A DNA stretch of 64,000 nucleotides. Origin: Mobula hypostoma (Eukaryota). The stretch covers positions 12,774,001 through 12,838,000 of the forward strand of contig NC_086118.1 in the NCBI RefSeq assembly GCF_963921235.1. Reading direction: 5' to 3'. Every line of letters begins with the position of its first letter. The first letter of the stretch is position 1. Below the pieces are notes generated by a model. It was not told where the DNA came from and did not search any database. It worked only from the letters and a program-made list of their open reading frames with translations. Shown here one piece after another: positions 25,853-38,358 of this stretch. The translations under genes and the position numbers were made by a program.

Positions 25853-28459
25853 GAGAAATTCTAAGGGTAGAAAGACCCTAATGGGAGTTATCTCCAGGCC
25901 CTCAAACAATAGTCTGGATGTAAGGTGTAAGTTGAATCAAGAGTTAAAATTGGCATGTCGTAAAGGTAATGCTACAGTTGTTATGGGGGACTTCAACATG
26001 CAGGTAGACTGGAGGAATCAGGTTGGTACTGGATCCCAAGAAAGGGAGTTTGTGGAGTCCCTCCGAGATGGATTCTTAGAACAGCTTGTACTGGAGCCTA
26101 CTAGAGAGAACTCAATTCTAGATTTAGTGTTGTGCAATGAACCGGATTTGATCAGGGACCCCGAGGTAAAGGAGCCATTAGGAGGTAGTGACCATAATAT
26201 GATAAGTTTTAATCTACAATTTGAGAGGGAGAAGGGAAACTCGGAAGTGTCAGTATTACAGTTGAACAAAGGGAACTATGGTGCTATGAGGGAGGAGCTG
26301 GCCAAAGTTCAATGGAACAATACCTTAACAGGGATGACAGTGGAACAGCAATGGCAAGCGTTTCTGGGAATAATACGGAAGGTGCAGGATCAGTTCATTC
26401 CAAAGAGGAAGAAAGATCCTAAGGGGAGTAAGGGGAGGCCGTGGCTGACAAGGGAAGTAACGGACAGTATAAAAATAAAAGAGAAGAAGTATAACATAGC
26501 AAAGATGAGTGGGAAGCCGGAGGATTGGGAAACTTTTAAAGAGCAACAGAAGGTAACTAAAAAGGCAATACACAAAGAAAAAATGAGGTACAAAGATGAA
26601 CTAGCCAAGAATATAAAGGAGGATAGTAAAAGCTTCTTTATGTATGTGAAAAAGAAAAAAATAGTTAAGACCAAAATTGGGCCCTTGAAGACAGAAGCGG
26701 GTGAATTTATTATGGGGAACAAGGAAATGGCAGACGAGTTGAACAGGTACTTTAGATCTGTCTTCACTAGGGAAGACACAAACAATCTCCCAGATATAAT
26801 AATGGCCAAAGGACCTAGGGTAATGGATGAACTGAAGGAAATTTATATTAGGCAGGAAATGGTGTTGGATAGACTGTTGGGTCTGAAGGCTGACAAGTCC
26901 CCGGGACCTGATGGTCTGCATCCCAGGGTACTTAAGGAGGTAGCTTTAGAAATCGTGGACGCATTGGTAATCATTTTCCAATGTTCTATAGATTCAGGAT
27001 CAGTTCCTGTGGATTGGAGGGTGGCTAATGTTGTGCCTCTCTTCAAGAAGGGAGGAAGAGGGAATTATAGACCAGTTAGCCTGACGTTGGTGGTGGGAAA
27101 GATGCTGGAGTCAATCATAAAAGATGAAATTACGACACATCTGGATAGCAGTAACAGGATTGGTCCGAGTCAGCATGGATTTATGAAGGGGAAATCGTGC
27201 TTGACTAATCTTCTGGAATTTTTTTGAGGATGTAACTATGAAAATGGACAAGGGAGAGCCAGTGGATGTAGTGTACCTGGACTTTCAGAAAGCCTTTGAT
27301 AAAGTCCCACATAGGAGATTAGTGGGCAAAATTAGGGCTCATGGTATTGGGGGCAGAGTACTGACATGAATTGAAAATTGGCTGGCTGACAGAAAACAAA
27401 GAGTAGCGATTAACGGGTCCCTTTTGGAATGGCAGGCGATGATTAGTGGGGTACCGTAGGGTTCAGTGCTGGGACTGCAGCTGTTTACAATATATATTAA
27501 TGATTTAGATGAGGGAATTAAAAGTAACATTAGCAAGTTTGCCAATGACACAAAGCTGGGTGGCAGTGTGAAATGTGAGGAGGATGTTATGAGAATGCAG
27601 GGTGACTTGGACAGGCTGGGTGAGTGGGCAGATGCATGGCAGATGCAGTTTAATATGGATAAATGTGAGGTTATCCATTTTGGTGGTAAGAACAGGAAGG
27701 CAGATTATTATCTAAATGGAGTCAAGTTAGGAAAAGGGGAAGTACAACGAGATCTAGGTGTTTTTGTACATCAGTCACTGAAAGCAAGCATGCAAGTACA
27801 GCAGGCAGTGAAAAAAGCTAATGGCATGCAGGCCTTCATATCAAGGGGAATTGAGTATAAGAGCAAAGAGGTCCTTCTGCAGCTGTACAGTGCCCTGGTG
27901 AGACCACACCTGGAGTACTGTGTGCAGTTTTGGTCTCCAAATTTGAGGAAGGACATTCTTGCTATTGAGGGAGTGCAGCGTAGGTTCACAAGGTTAATTC
28001 CCAGGATGGTGGGACTGTCATATGTCGAAAGATTGGAGCGACTGGGCTTGTATACTCTGGAATTTAGAAGGCTGAGAGGGGATCTTATTGAAACATATAA
28101 GATTATTAAGGGATTGGACACGCTGGAGGCAGGAAACATGTTCCCGCTGATGGGTGAATCCAGAACCAGAGGCCACAGTTTAAGAATAAGGGGTAGGCAA
28201 GTTAGAAAGGAGTTGAGGAAAAACTTTTTCACCCAGAGAGTGGTGGATATATGGAATGCTCTGCCCCAGAGGCCGTGGAGGCCAAGTCTCTGGATGCTTT
28301 CAAGAAAGAGATGAATAGAGCTCTTAAAGATAGCGGAATCAAAGGTTATGGGGATAAGGCAGGAACTGGATACTGATTGTGGATGATCAGCCATGATCAC
28401 AGTGAATGGCTGTGCTGGTTCAAAGGGCCGAATGGCCTACTCCTGCACCTATTGTCTAT
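25853..28459 (+). mobile_element. CR1 LINE ORF2 (APE-RT), 5'-truncated, best-preserved CR1 copy
   Basis: GDFN, LDLVLCN, SDH, KSPGPDGLHP, NYRPVSLT, QHGFMKGKSCLTNL, LDFQKAFD, KFANDTKL; a few frameshifts and stops; ATTCT repeated at 25848-25852 and 28460-28464. Confidence 0.95.
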
Positions 28460-28870
28460 ATTCTTACAAGCCTCAGTTATTTCTTGGTTAATTGCCTCTG
28501 CCACTGCAATATTTTTATTTGGTTGCTTATAGACAACACCCACCAGTGATTTTTTTCCGTTTATTATCCTTAATCTCTACCCAGATGGGCTCAACATTCT
28601 GCTCCATAGATCTTACATCGTCTCTCACAATCACCCTGATTTCATCCCTAATCAAGTGCGCCACTCCACCTCCTCTGCCTTCCTGCCTATCTTTCCGTAT
28701 TATCTGATATCCTTGGATATTTAATTCCCAGTCATCTCACCTTGCAACCAGGTTTCTGTAATGGCCACTAAATCATATGCCTTGGTACTGATCTGTGCCA
28801 CAAGTTCACTAACCTTGTTTCTAATACTACGGGCATTTCGATAAAGTGCCCTTATACTTATATTCACGTA
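28460..28870 (-). mobile_element. CR1 ORF2 N-terminal endonuclease fragment
   Basis: Minus strand NARSIRNKVSEL...VAITETWLQ...GGGVAHLIRD. Confidence 0.85.
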
Positions 28871-29079
28871 TCAAAAGTAACAAGCAATGATCATTTCTAA
28901 CTAGCGAGAGCTTAACCACCTATCATTGGCATTCAATTTCACTACTCCCCGGCTTGTGAAATATCCCGGGGATTGCTATTGATCAGAAGCTTGTCTAGAC
29001 ATCCCATGTAAATACTGTTGTTACTATAGCGAGTCAGCTGTTAGGCATTAGAGTACTACTACGTAGACTATTATAGTAC

Positions 29080-29960
29080 CGAACCAGGCCCTTCAGTACT
29101 TTGAGTCCATGCTGACCAAATCCTCTGGCAGGTCCCATCTACCTGCTCCCAGATCATATTCCCCCAATGTAACTATACAAAATTCTCGTAAATGTAAAAA
29201 ATTGAACCCGCATCTATCACTTTGCCAGCAGCTCATTCCGAACTCACATGGACCTCTGAATGAGAAGTTTTACCTCAAAATCCCCTTAAATATTTCACCT
29301 TTAACACTAAACCTACGACCTTTATTTCTGGTCTCACTCAAGCCTGAGGGGAATAAAGCCTGCATACCTTATCTATACCTCTTGTAATTTTGTTTACTTC
29401 TATAAGATCTCTCTCATCCTCCTGCAATCCATGAAATTAAGATCTAACCTATTCAACCTTCCTTTGTAACTCAGATCCTCAAATCTTTGTAAAATTCCTC
29501 CATAGTCGTTCAAGCTTATTGATATCTTTCCTGTAGGTAAGTGACCAAAACTGCTCTCAATTCAGCCTCACTTGACTTATGCAACTTCAACAGAACATCT
29601 GAACTCCTGCACTCAGTGCCCTAATTTGTGAAAGCCAATGTGCTAAAAGCTCTTTTATGACCATATTACTTGTGATGCCACTTTCAAGGAATTAATTATA
29701 GATCTGTATTCCAAGGTCCCTTTGTTCCACCAGACACTTCAGAGCCACACAATTCACTGTGTAGGTATCATCCTAGCTTGTCCTACGTGCAACACCTCAA
29801 ACGTATCTGCATAAAATTCCATCTTCTATTTTTCAACTAGCTGATCCAGATCATGCTGCAAGCTTTGATAACCTTCTTCACTGTCCACTATATCTTACAG
29901 TCTTGGCGTAATTCATCAATTTGCTGATCCAGTTTACCACATTATTGTCTAAATAATTGC
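29080..29960 (-). mobile_element. Degenerate CR1 RT and 3' end
   Basis: Similarity to CR1 3' regions elsewhere in the window. Confidence 0.7.
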
Positions 29961-30050
29961 TATAGAATAGATAATAAGCATTATCTGATGAGGACTCATT
30001 GCTCTACATCCCAAAGTCTTTCCATGATCTATGATTGAATATTCAATCAC

Positions 30051-30420
30051 TGCTGCTGCTGAGGCCTCCGTCAGTCAGAGTTGACTGTGGATACTGTCCC
30101 CTAGCTGTCTAGATATGCAAGCCTGGGCAGTACAGTATGGAGAGCAAACTGTTTCCCATGTAGCAAGCTCCCCCTCTCCACGCATCTGCTAAAGGAACGG
30201 CAGAGTTGCAGGAGTTGCCAGTCAGCATTGAACTCAATGTAGACCTTACCTAGGGACTCTGGCTCTGGAGTTTTCCCTCGGAGTTTACTCTCGAAGCCTT
30301 CCCCATGAGTGGAGATAGCCGCAAAGCAGCAGAGGTTTGAGATCAGAGTTTTCCTTCTCCTTGGTTGTCAGAGGCTATTTGAGTCCCACGCCACTGGGAG
30401 CATTTAATAGGTAATGGGAG
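30051..30420 (-). mobile_element. Bipartite RTE-derived non-autonomous element
   Basis: RTE-like 5' block (ggagaaggaaaactctgatctcaaacctctgctg), a 3' stem-loop related to the tail at 36112-36150, and a (CAG)n tail. Confidence 0.6.
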
Positions 30421-30519
30421 CTGGTCCCCATTACCACCCCCACGTTTAACTGAATATTCATAACTTACTCGGTACAATGTGTACAAAGCACTTCTACCAA
30501 AGTGACACAGGCTACACAT

Positions 30520-30738
30520 TACAAACAGGAAAAAATCTGCAGATACTGGAAATCCAAGCCATGCACACCAAATGCTTGAGGAAAATTTCAGGCTGAGACC
30601 CTTCGGCAGGACTGGAGAAAAGAAGATCCTTTTTTCTGCAGGCCTGCCGAAGGATCTCCGCCCAAAACACTGACTACACTTTTTTCTACAGATGCTGCCT
30701 GGCCTGCTGAGTTCCTCCAGCATTTTGTGTGTGTTGCC
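30520..30738. mobile_element. Older palindromic Penelope-derived element
   Basis: Same inverted architecture as 7578-7811, with decayed hammerhead cores (ctgccga). Confidence 0.75.
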
Positions 30739-31014
30739 CGGCTGCACATTTCACCTCCAAGCCCACACAGCGCCTTGGTTTGGAAAGACATTGCTGTATT
30801 TTATTGTTTCTAGGTTTATTGGACGCCCTTCCCAATAGCATTATGGAAGCACCTTCAGAAGGGATGTAGGTCTTCAGGAAGATGACTCATCATCATCGTT
30901 ATGAGTAGAATTAGGTATGTGCAATGCATGCTCACCTTGTGATGATGTTCAGATCGCTGAAAGTGCATAAACATAAATTACGAACACAATCTCTCAGGCC
31001 ACTATGTCAAATAT

Positions 31015-31240
31015 TAGGGGGATATTAGAGGAAGGTTTTTTACTCAGAGAGTGGTTGGTGCGTGGGATGCACTGCCTGAGTCAGTAGTGGAGGCAGACAC
31101 ACTAGTGAATTTTAGGAGACTACTAGACAGGTATATGGAGGAATTTAAGGTGGGGAGTTATATGGGAGGCAGGGTTTAAGGGTTAGCACAACATTGTGGG
31201 CCGAAGGGCCTGTACTGTGCTGTACTGTTGTATGTTCTAA
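31015..31240 (+). mobile_element. CR1 3' end
   Basis: FFTQRVVGAWDALP; gggccgaagggcctgtactgtgctgtac tail. Confidence 0.85.
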
Positions 31241-31299
31241 AACTTGCTGGCACAAGAAAGGAAAACCACCGCCATCAAGTCCATGCCCTTATTCATTTA

Positions 31300-31540
31300 T
31301 TTAGAGACCCAGCACAGTAAGAGGACCTTCTGACTCAGACAGCCCACACTTCCCAATTACACCCATGTGACCAATTAGCCTACTTACCCATAAGAATTTG
31401 GAATGTGGGAGGAAACCAGAGGACTCGGAGGAAGCTCGTGCAGTCACAGGAAGGACATACAAACTCCTTACGGACAGCGGTGGAAATGAACCTGGCCCAC
31501 TGGCACTGTAGTAGCATTATGCTAACCACTGCACCACCGA
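31300..31540 (-). mobile_element. V-SINE/HE1-like SINE
   Basis: Central tgtgggaggaaacc...catacaaactcc block; similar to 54960-55215. Confidence 0.65.
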
Positions 31541-31544
31541 GCCT

Positions 31545-31905
31545 CCTCTCACTACTGCCATCGGGCAGGAGCTACAGAAGCCTTAGATGCTACATCACAA
31601 GGTCCAGGAACACATTACTTTCAAGTTCTTGAACCAGCATGGATAACTTCAGTCTCCACTCCGAACTGACTTCATGATCTCTACAGACTAAATTTCAAGG
31701 TCTATTCAAAATTTATGTTCTCAGTATTGTTTTTAATTGCATAATTTTTCTTCTTTTGTACATTGGTTGTTTGTCAGTCTTTGCCTGTTTATGTGTAATT
31801 TTTTTGTAAAATTCTATTATATTTCTTTTTTTTCCTGTGCCTGAAAGAATATCTCAAGGTAATATATGGTAGGCATTTGTGTACTTTGATAATAAATGTA
31901 CTTTC
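31545..31905 (+). mobile_element. Rex1/Babar-type LINE 3' end
   Basis: SLLPSGRSYRSLR peptide followed by the 3' UTR type seen at 13280 and 22800. Confidence 0.7.
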
Positions 31906-32152
31906 AACCCTTTGGTAGCCTAAAAAAACTCTATCATGTCACCCTTATATTTCCCTTCGGGAGAAAACTCAGCATTTCTTAATTGGTTAGGAAAGAATTG
32001 CAGTTGTTGGAATGCTAAAATAAGAACAGAGAATGCTGGAAATATTCAACAGGTCAGGACACTGAATTTTTTCATGCTTTTATATCCTTTGCAAAACATG
32101 GAGGTCAGAATTTTACATCAGATAACCCGTGAACCTATATTGCAGCAGGTTA

Positions 32153-32351
32153 CACCTGAGGATTTGGGGACTCAGCTCAGTAAAGCAGAAAGATACAGAT
32201 TACAATTATCTTCTTTGAATTACAAAACTTTGTTTATTAGGACAGGACAGAGTAAACATTCAAATACTTTTCTAGATGTGCACAGGCCCCCCTCGCTGCA
32301 GCACACCTCCCACTCTGCTGACAAGTGCAAAGATTAACCCTTTCCAACACA
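32153..32351 (-). repeat. ERV 3' LTR
   Basis: 32221-32282 matches 37780-37841 at 53/62 nt by hand alignment; AATAAA on the minus strand at ~32233-32238. Confidence 0.7.
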
Positions 32352-32428
32352 ATTCCACACTCGATTGTTGCAACCTCGTCACATCCAGCCTGCAGCTTTA
32401 ATACAACCCCTTTGGATGCCCCACCATA

Positions 32429-33205
32429 TTACAAGCAATTCTCAGAACTACTAAGCTTAAAACCAATTAGCAATAGTAACACTCCTTGCACTACGGTAGC
32501 CCACCAGTGTTCTAGCATTCCGAAGAGCCACCAATTCCCTCTGGTGTGTAGTTATGACACAGCCGCCTGCTTTGTCTGCAAGCAGATGATTCAGCGCCAT
32601 TCTGTTCTGCAAGATAGCTGTTTTAGTCACCATTGCTTCTGCTAACAGGCCAGTCAGTCATCCTTTGTCTGCCCTAGAGCAGGAGCCATCTCATTGGCCG
32701 TGGTTACATTTCTTGGGACAGCTTAGCTGTTCCATAGGCAGGGGAGGCTATCAACCAAAATCTTTCTGCCTTTGTGATAGCTCTCTTTTGGCGCCTTGTC
32801 CCATAAGCTGGGTGTTGGGCTAAGTTAATGATATGATACATATATGACACAATATACCCGATGCAGCAGAAGCCAAGGGGGCCACACACCCAGTATGTGC
32901 TGATCAACATTGTTGCATTACTTCCCAATGGAATCCTGTGTACAGATTCTGCTCACTGTCATTATCTCCCATTAGACGATTGTGTGTTTCAGCATTGTAC
33001 AGATTGCACCAGCATTCTTTACCTTTTCTTACTGGATGGGGAATTACATTCATGGCAAGGACTGTCAGATTGGATTGGTTGTAACTGAAGAAGTACCACC
33101 CATAAAGTGCCAAATGTCTTTCACTATCCCATTAACTGAGTTCCTGGACAGAAAACAGTTCCATGGACTAATCAATCACATAAGACTGCAAGTAGTCCTT
33201 GTCAT
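32429..33205 (-). pseudogene. env: Retroviral envelope remnant
   Basis: TYWVCG, furin site RRQKR (32782-32796), AITKAERFWLIASPAYG, ISD LQNRMALNHLLADKAGGC (LQNR...LLA at 32577-32612), TM-like WWLFGMLEHWWATVVQGVLLLLIG; frameshifted and deleted. Confidence 0.88.
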
Positions 33206-33610
33206 CAGGGTTCTTCTGGTTACTGGTTCGCTGGTCTGGTGGCACCACTGGCTTAACATGCTATGGTTGGACTCAAGCTGGCTTCCCCTGGACCTTCAGA
33301 GCAGTGTATGTGGTTAACAGTACTTAAAATGGGCCTTCCCACCAGGGATCAAGGCATTTCTTTCATTGGTAGGACCTCACCAATTCCCAATCTTCTGGCT
33401 GGTATAATCATTATGATCACCTTGGGCTTCAAACAACTTTACGGAAACTTTTAAAAGTCGTGTTGCATAATGCTTCAAATGCTTTCATTCATGTGTTTAA
33501 CCACCAGGGGAGGAGCAACTGTCAAGTGCATGGGATATCCCAATATCATCTCATAGACATGATTTGGAGTGCAGCACATTGTCATGAGAGCAAGTGGAAG
33601 CCTCCTGCCT
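33168..33610 (-). pseudogene. pol: Retroviral integrase C-terminal remnant
   Basis: LPLALMTMCCTPN..YEMILGYPM and DPWWEGPF*VLLTTYTALKVQGKPA*VQP*HVKP (GPY/F module). Confidence 0.87.
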
Positions 33611-34022
33611 CCTTAAATTGTATAAGATAGCAGCCGCTGTATTCTACAAACAATATATACAATATTTTGTCCATATTTCCCTTGGCAGGTTTAACTCTCT
33701 GATGTTTTAACCAGTCTGACAATGTTGCAAAACACTTACATTTCTACTTAACTCTTTTCATCCCACACAAGTAACAGTATGTGTTTACTTTAACTGAGGT
33801 TGCAACTCATTTACAATAGCATTTATTACAATGGATGTACCTGCCTCGAGGGTTAATCTGGAATACTTCTGAATACAGTACGTATGTGCTCTATGTATTC
33901 ATTAACTTCATCGTCTGCTTTAAGTGTGGCACTGTATATCCTACGAATCTATAGTGCAGGAGAAACAGTTGCTTAGAGCCTTTATTTGGTTAGTTCAAGA
34001 TACTTTTCAATCAACATCTCAT

Positions 34023-34048
34023 TCTCTCTCTCTCTCTCTCTCTGTCTC
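34023..34048. repeat. (CT)n microsatellite
   Basis: Direct observation. Confidence 0.9.
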
Positions 34049-34050
34049 GC

Positions 34051-36044
34051 AATGAATCATGTAAACAAACAAAGAATGCTTAATCAGACAATATATAATA
34101 TTATCCAAATATTAATAAGGTATTAAATAAACAGCATTCGTCCCTGCTTAGCTATAAATTCCAACTCAATATAGAATGCATCTTAACTCAAATATGTAAC
34201 ATAGAGATCCACGGCATAGTAAATTTTTAAATGTCCCATTCAGGCCTAAAGATTTAAGTGCTGTGGACGATTTCTTACCCTTGTGGGATAACACCTTTCC
34301 TGATAAGCGAGGCAAGGTGGGGGGGTGGGGGGGCGTGGGAGGGTAGTAACTCTGCTTGACAGGTAAGACTTGTGGCTGTGAAACAACTTCAGGTTCTAGG
34401 GCCTCCTCTGTGGTGATTGTAGAAGTTGATTCAAGTTCTGCAGGAAGTAATTCTGATAGCACTGAACAGCTTCTCTAACAAGTGACTCTGCTGTCTTCAA
34501 CTGATTGATATGTTGTCTCCAGATGGTATCAGATACAATCTCCACTGTGTAGAGAGTGGTCCATTCCTGTCCTTAATCATTTTGAATACCCACAGTTGAT
34601 CCCCTCACCAGGACTACTTATCCAGGATGAAACATTGAACCGCCTTGTTAGAGGAGCTCAAGGGATAACCCAGAAAAAGCTTAGATGTTGAGTTGTTGTT
34701 TGTGAGTGTGTTGCAGTGCGATATGCAAGGAGGAAATTTACAAGTCCAATGTGGCTTGTTGGTTGTTATTTTTCACTGTTATGATTGTCATTCCCACTGG
34801 AATTATCTTTTCTCCAGTATAAATTCTTAGTTGGATATCTGCAGGCTTCAGTTTAGTCTCATTGAAATGTCATTCAACCTCATTTTGTGGATTGACTGAA
34901 ACAGCTGTTCACTTCTGGTGTAAGCCATTTTGTCCGTCCCTTGTTAGTTGGCGCATTGTAAATCTCAAGGCTACCCATTCCAAAGCCATTCTCAGATTTT
35001 TCATTAATAGCATGCAGATTAGTCTCTTTGTGAAACTGCTCACTTCCGTTAATGACTGCAACTCAATTGCATCACTGCCTGCTGTTTCCTTTGAAGCAGC
35101 GATTTCAACTACTCTTTTAAATGTGATTATGCTTTGGTTAGGTGCCATTTTTGAATTTTTTTTTATATAGGATTCCACAAACTGTGATCTCTTAGTGCAT
35201 CATTAAGCTCGTTACTGAACTAACTATGCTCAGACAATTTCTTCAATTTAGCTGAAAGGATCCCTTTCCTTTTGATTCTGCTTATGAAACCTAAAGCTTC
35301 TTCAATCAAAAATGGTTTAGGTTCTAAATATTCCTGCATTTCTTTTACAATATCAGTAAAGCTCATTTTAGCTGGTTTGGTTAGAGCATTCAAACATCTG
35401 AGCTAACTGTATGCTTTCTCCACTTATTGCACTCAGAAAGACAGGAACTCATTTTTCGTTGGCTATTTCATTTGCTTTAAAATACTGCCCAATTCATTCA
35501 TTACATCTTTTGTCCAATCAAACACATCTATCTTTCTGGTGCAGGGAGCCATTTCTGCTTTTTGTTTATTTATTATTATTATCACCCTAATTCATTGCTT
35601 ATGAACCCATGAATTTCATCCATTTTCTGCCTTTTTTTTAACTGGACCATCTCTCTCCTTTCCTGAAGTAACCATGTGTTGTGCTTTTTTTTTACTCGAC
35701 TGTTTCCTTCCTCTTGCAAAGAAAATCTACTGCACCTTTTTAAGCTCAAACATCTCACTGCACTTTAACAGGTAGTTCATTCTAAAACTTACTCGTTGTC
35801 ACTGTTACATGTTATAACTCCATCAACTAACTGAAAGAAAAACACAAGAGACCAGGATAAATGTGTCTACTTCATTTTTTCTTTAGTGAGGTGTGCACTT
35901 ACGATGTAGTGGCTGATGACAAATGCCATTTGTGTACTTTTCCATATAATCCATAATGAATTACATAAAGAAAGAAATAATGCTTGATCAAGCAATATAT
36001 TTACAATATGACTCAAATATTACTGAAATATTAAATACACAACA
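34051..36044 (-). mobile_element. Ty3/Gypsy LTR retrotransposon, heavily deleted, nested in the ERV
   Basis: LTR 35803-36044 (TGT...ACA) and partial LTR ~34051-34136; gag remnants QYFKANEIANEK, KPAKMSFTDIVKEMQEYLEPKP, TFKRVVEIAASKETA; integrase tail KIKDRNGPLS-like. Confidence 0.82.
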
Positions 36045-36108
36045 CTCTTTTCTCCAGTGAATAAAGGCAGACTACCCTATAGTTTCCATTCACTCCTCAA
36101 TATACATA

Positions 36109-36414
36109 TTATAGGCATCCGTTAGTCCTGTGAGACCATGGATTTGCGCCTGGGAAGGTTTCCAGGGCACAGGCCTGGGCAAGGTTGTATGGAAGACGGG
36201 CAATTGCCCATGCTGCGACTCCCCTCTCCACACCACCGATGTCGTCCAAGGGAAGGGCATCAGGGCCGATATAGCTTGGCACTGGTGTTGTCGCACAGCA
36301 ATATGTGGTTAAGTGCCTTGCTCAAGGACACAACACGTTGCCTCAGCTGAGGCTCGAACTAGTGACCTTCAGATCACTAGACTGACGCCTTAAGCACTTG
36401 GCAACGTGGCAACA
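36109..36414 (-). mobile_element. tRNA-derived SINE with CORE-like block and RTE-type tail
   Basis: A/B-box head, gtgtccttgagcaaggcacttaacc block; 11-bp TSD CAATATACATA at 36098-36108 and 36415-36425. Confidence 0.85.
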
Positions 36415-37698
36415 CAATATACATAGCACTGGTACATAATGCACAACCCCCTCTGGGGGTTCGGATAGGAGACTTTCACACCATCATTCATGCATTCACA
36501 GTCATCCACACTGCAGAATTCCTTTTCCTACACTTACCACTCTCTTTGGGGAACTAGCTCATAGGTGCACTCGTGGGATCTGAACCCTGCCCAAGACAGG
36601 TGTGCTGGTCTGCCTTGACTACACACAGCAGAAAATTTGTATTCCAACATCAGACTCATTCCTTTGCAGAAATATGAGCTGCCTGGGATTTGGGACCTAT
36701 CAGCTACCAATGGACAATTTTATTCTCTGTATAACAAAGTCAATGATTAGCCACCAAGACAGCTAGCAAACGAATTCACAAAGAAATGCCCTTCTTTTAT
36801 CAGACATGGACCACGCGTATAGAAATATTGATCCAATAGAAACTTTGGGCACTTCTGAATCCCTTTGTTGCATATTTAAGTACCACGCTACATATTTCAG
36901 ATGTCAATAACCAATTAAATCCATGTTTTAACGGCCATTAATACTTAAGATTTAGTACAATAACTGTTTGATAGTAAGAGTTGCTCTAGAATCCTTTTTC
37001 TGCATCCTTATCTTGGCTTCGTATGCACAGTGAGTATGGTTCCCAGGCTTCACAGAAAGACTGCAGAAAGTGTTGGCACTCTGCTCAGCTAGCACACATT
37101 TTAACCCTTACTTTGCTGCATTTTCCAAAATTTCTCCCTTCTGTTCCCCGTAGGATATTTTTAACCCCATGGAATGAAGAAAGTCCTCCCAGGACTTCCA
37201 TTTCCCAGTCGGATAACGTGATTCTACCTCCACAGGAATCCCATATCCTTAACAACTATGTTGGTAATGGTTTCTGACTTCTGCCTATACGCATTCCCCA
37301 ATTCCAACGATTCCTTAGTCACCTCCAAGGTGGCCATGGCTTCAGGTTTCTCATCCACCCCTCCCCCCCTTGTTAAAGACTCCCCTATTTCCTCCCCTTA
37401 CCAGGACATTGTCTCATGTTGTTGTTTTATGATGACACCAGCAGCCTCCTCTTGCTTCCCCTGTCATCCAGAAACCCTAACCCTTTTAGTACGAACACAA
37501 GACAGTGTCCCATCTTTCCCCTTCATGGGTCCAGCTTGTCCATCCAATCCATCTTTGCACCACGGTACACAGCAAATTGGCCAGGTTGCCAAAACCCACA
37601 GAGTTATCAATCTATTATGATACTAAGAGTTCTTCACACAGAGGTCTTTCTTCTTGCTCTTGCTTCTAAATATTATTGCTTTCTACTGAACTCACCAG

Positions 37699-37717
37699 AT
37701 CCCTGCCAGCTACACCA
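37699..37717 (-). promoter_or_regulatory. ERV primer-binding site, tRNA-Ser-like, followed by a splice donor
   Basis: Minus strand TGGTGTAGCTGGCAGGGAT vs tRNA-Ser PBS TGGCGTAGTCGGCAGGATT; adjacent to the 5' LTR; GTGAGT at 37690-37695. Confidence 0.7.
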
Positions 37718-37721
37718 AAAA

Positions 37722-37900
37722 TGCCTGAAGGTTTGCAGAATTGGATTGGTAAGGCAGAGTAACACAGACTCCAAATATCTACAAAACTGTGTTTACTAGG
37801 ACAGAACAGAGCAAACATTAAAATGCCTGTCGAGATGTGCATGAGCTCTCCCCCCGACATCTGCAACACACCTTTCATTTTGCCAATCTGTGATGCCATG
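37722..37900 (-). repeat. ERV 5' LTR (outer end uncertain)
   Basis: Colinear with 32153-32320. Confidence 0.7.
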
Positions 37901-38010
37901 CATGATCCATCGGTGAAAACTCAGTAAATTTCTCCTGAGCCCAATGTCGACTCTAATTTTATACACTCTCTACTGATATAAAATACTGTATAAAATACTG
38001 CAGTGGGCTG

Positions 38011-38212
38011 TTGTTCCTTTCTGCGCCTTGTGGCGCATCAGGCAGCAACCTACCGTTTCTTCAGCATTCGTCTGTTTTTTTTTTCAAGGCCAAAGTGCTA
38101 GCTCGATGCTCAAATCAGCACGATTGGAAAACGTGCAAGGAGCTGGCTGGATTCGAATCTGGGATCACTTGTCTTGAAATCTAGTGCAGATGTCACTACA
38201 CTATTGGCCGGC
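38011..38212 (-). mobile_element. tRNA-derived SINE
   Basis: Head gccggccaatagtgtagtg...gattcgaatcc; 3' hairpin tgcgcc-acaa-ggcgca. Confidence 0.7.
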
Positions 38213-38337
38213 TATAGCAATAAGTGGACCAGTACATTAGCACCAGCTCAACCCACCAAATCAATCATTAATTACCACAGTTTCCTCTAAATTGCATGGG
38301 TGTGCAGTCACGCAGTAACTGAAATGCTCCCACTCAC

Positions 38338-38358
38338 ATAGCCTTCGTTGCCGTGCAG
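38338..38358 (-). other. Candidate 21-nt microexon
   Basis: ctttttcctgtctgtctttattgcag|CTGCACGGCAACGAAGGCTAT|gtgagt in unique sequence; no stop in any frame. Confidence 0.35.

Larger units (their letters stand above)
32153..37900 (-). mobile_element. Decayed, internally deleted endogenous retrovirus (gamma/epsilon-like integrase, gamma-type env)
   Basis: Paired LTRs, PBS, integrase C-terminus and env in retroviral order; interrupted by a Gypsy element and a SINE. Confidence 0.8.

Noticed and set aside
25728..27227. 499-aa ORF as a novel gene
   Set aside because: Chimeric: about 40 codons are antisense host CR1 and the rest is CR1 ORF2, ending at a frameshift.
27771..28400. 209-aa minus-strand ORF, also similar to 1029-1547
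   Set aside because: Antisense shadow of the CR1 ORF2 3' end; recurrence reflects repeat copies.
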